From positions 1 to 64,000 of the IMG/VR virus record IMGVR_UViG_3300021255_000109: a stretch of DNA of 64,000 nt; one strand, written 5' to 3'. Below the pieces are notes generated by a model that worked only from the letters and a program-made list of their open reading frames with translations, ran no database searches and was not told where the DNA came from. This stretch comes from a virus (Duplodnaviria; Caudoviricetes). This document shows, piece after piece, positions 63,706 to 64,000 of the stretch (the stretch's first letter is position 1; each line of letters begins with the position of its first letter). A program made the position numbers and the translations under genes.

Positions 63706-64000
63706 GTGTGAACCTTCGCTCTACATCCTATATTTCTCGTTTATTAGACTACTGAGGAGATAAGTCTGAGCCTAAGACCCGTCGGTCTTAAACTTCTTAC
63801 CCCACCCGTTTTCCACGGGCACAGGTTCTGCACCTTTAATCTCAGAAGGGATTGCTTACCCTCAACTTTCACCCACCATTCAGATATTTTTATAATAATG
63901 ACCTCAACATTATTCATTCATTATAAATAGAAATTAAAAAGTCTTTGCCTTGGGCTACTTGTGCGTTGACCTTGTCTTATAGTCTTATTACTAAGACATC
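63706..64000 (-). ncRNA. 3' part of a large ornate ncRNA (ROOL/GOLLD-like), truncated by window end
   Basis: No ORF; many short stems (GAGGG..CCCUU, CCCGU/ACGGG, UAAGACC/GGUCUUA); AGUAGCCCAA and UGGGUGAAAG segments resemble my recollection of this class; located in a tRNA cluster. Confidence 0.55.

Noticed and set aside
1-64000. CRISPR array, integrase, transposase or rRNA
   Set aside because: No regularly spaced repeats or recognisable genes of these kinds were found.

Overview
This window is part of a large, AT-rich, lytic-type phage genome, most likely infecting a Firmicutes/Bacillota anaerobe. It uses an alternative genetic code: TAG is read as a sense codon, most likely Gln (code 15), so the supplied ORF track fragments many genes. 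Read through TAG, the window contains, in order: a ~2364-aa tail fibre, a radical SAM gene and holin-like genes (+ strand); a long - strand block for nucleotide metabolism, replication and recombination (RuvC, dUTPase, NrdG, NrdD split by a group I intron with a GIY-YIG endonuclease, Gmk, DnaE, RecD-like helicase, RecJ, primase, DnaB, Sak4-like ATPase, SSB, ThyX-like, LigA, GyrA/GyrB, RNase H); a lysis block with PhoH; and an RNA end-healing/repair block (kinase, three metallophosphoesterases, RNA ligase, cyclic-phosphate receiver domains) with a sigma-70 factor and a TROVE/Ro-like DUF2828-vWA gene. The window ends in an RNA island with 9 tRNAs (including an amber suppressor with a CUA anticodon), a tmRNA, a probable ROOL/GOLLD-type large RNA and several unexplained structured RNAs. 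The best candidates for novelty are (1) a Y-RNA-like tRNA mimic with a bulged AUACAGCA motif near the Ro-like gene, (2) a GGNCAA-N24-TTTTTA motif that looks like a phage late promoter, (3) atypical long-variable-arm suppressor and Cys tRNAs, and (4) a gene-class-specific distribution of TAG codons. All calls come from reading the sequence by eye; no database searches were run.
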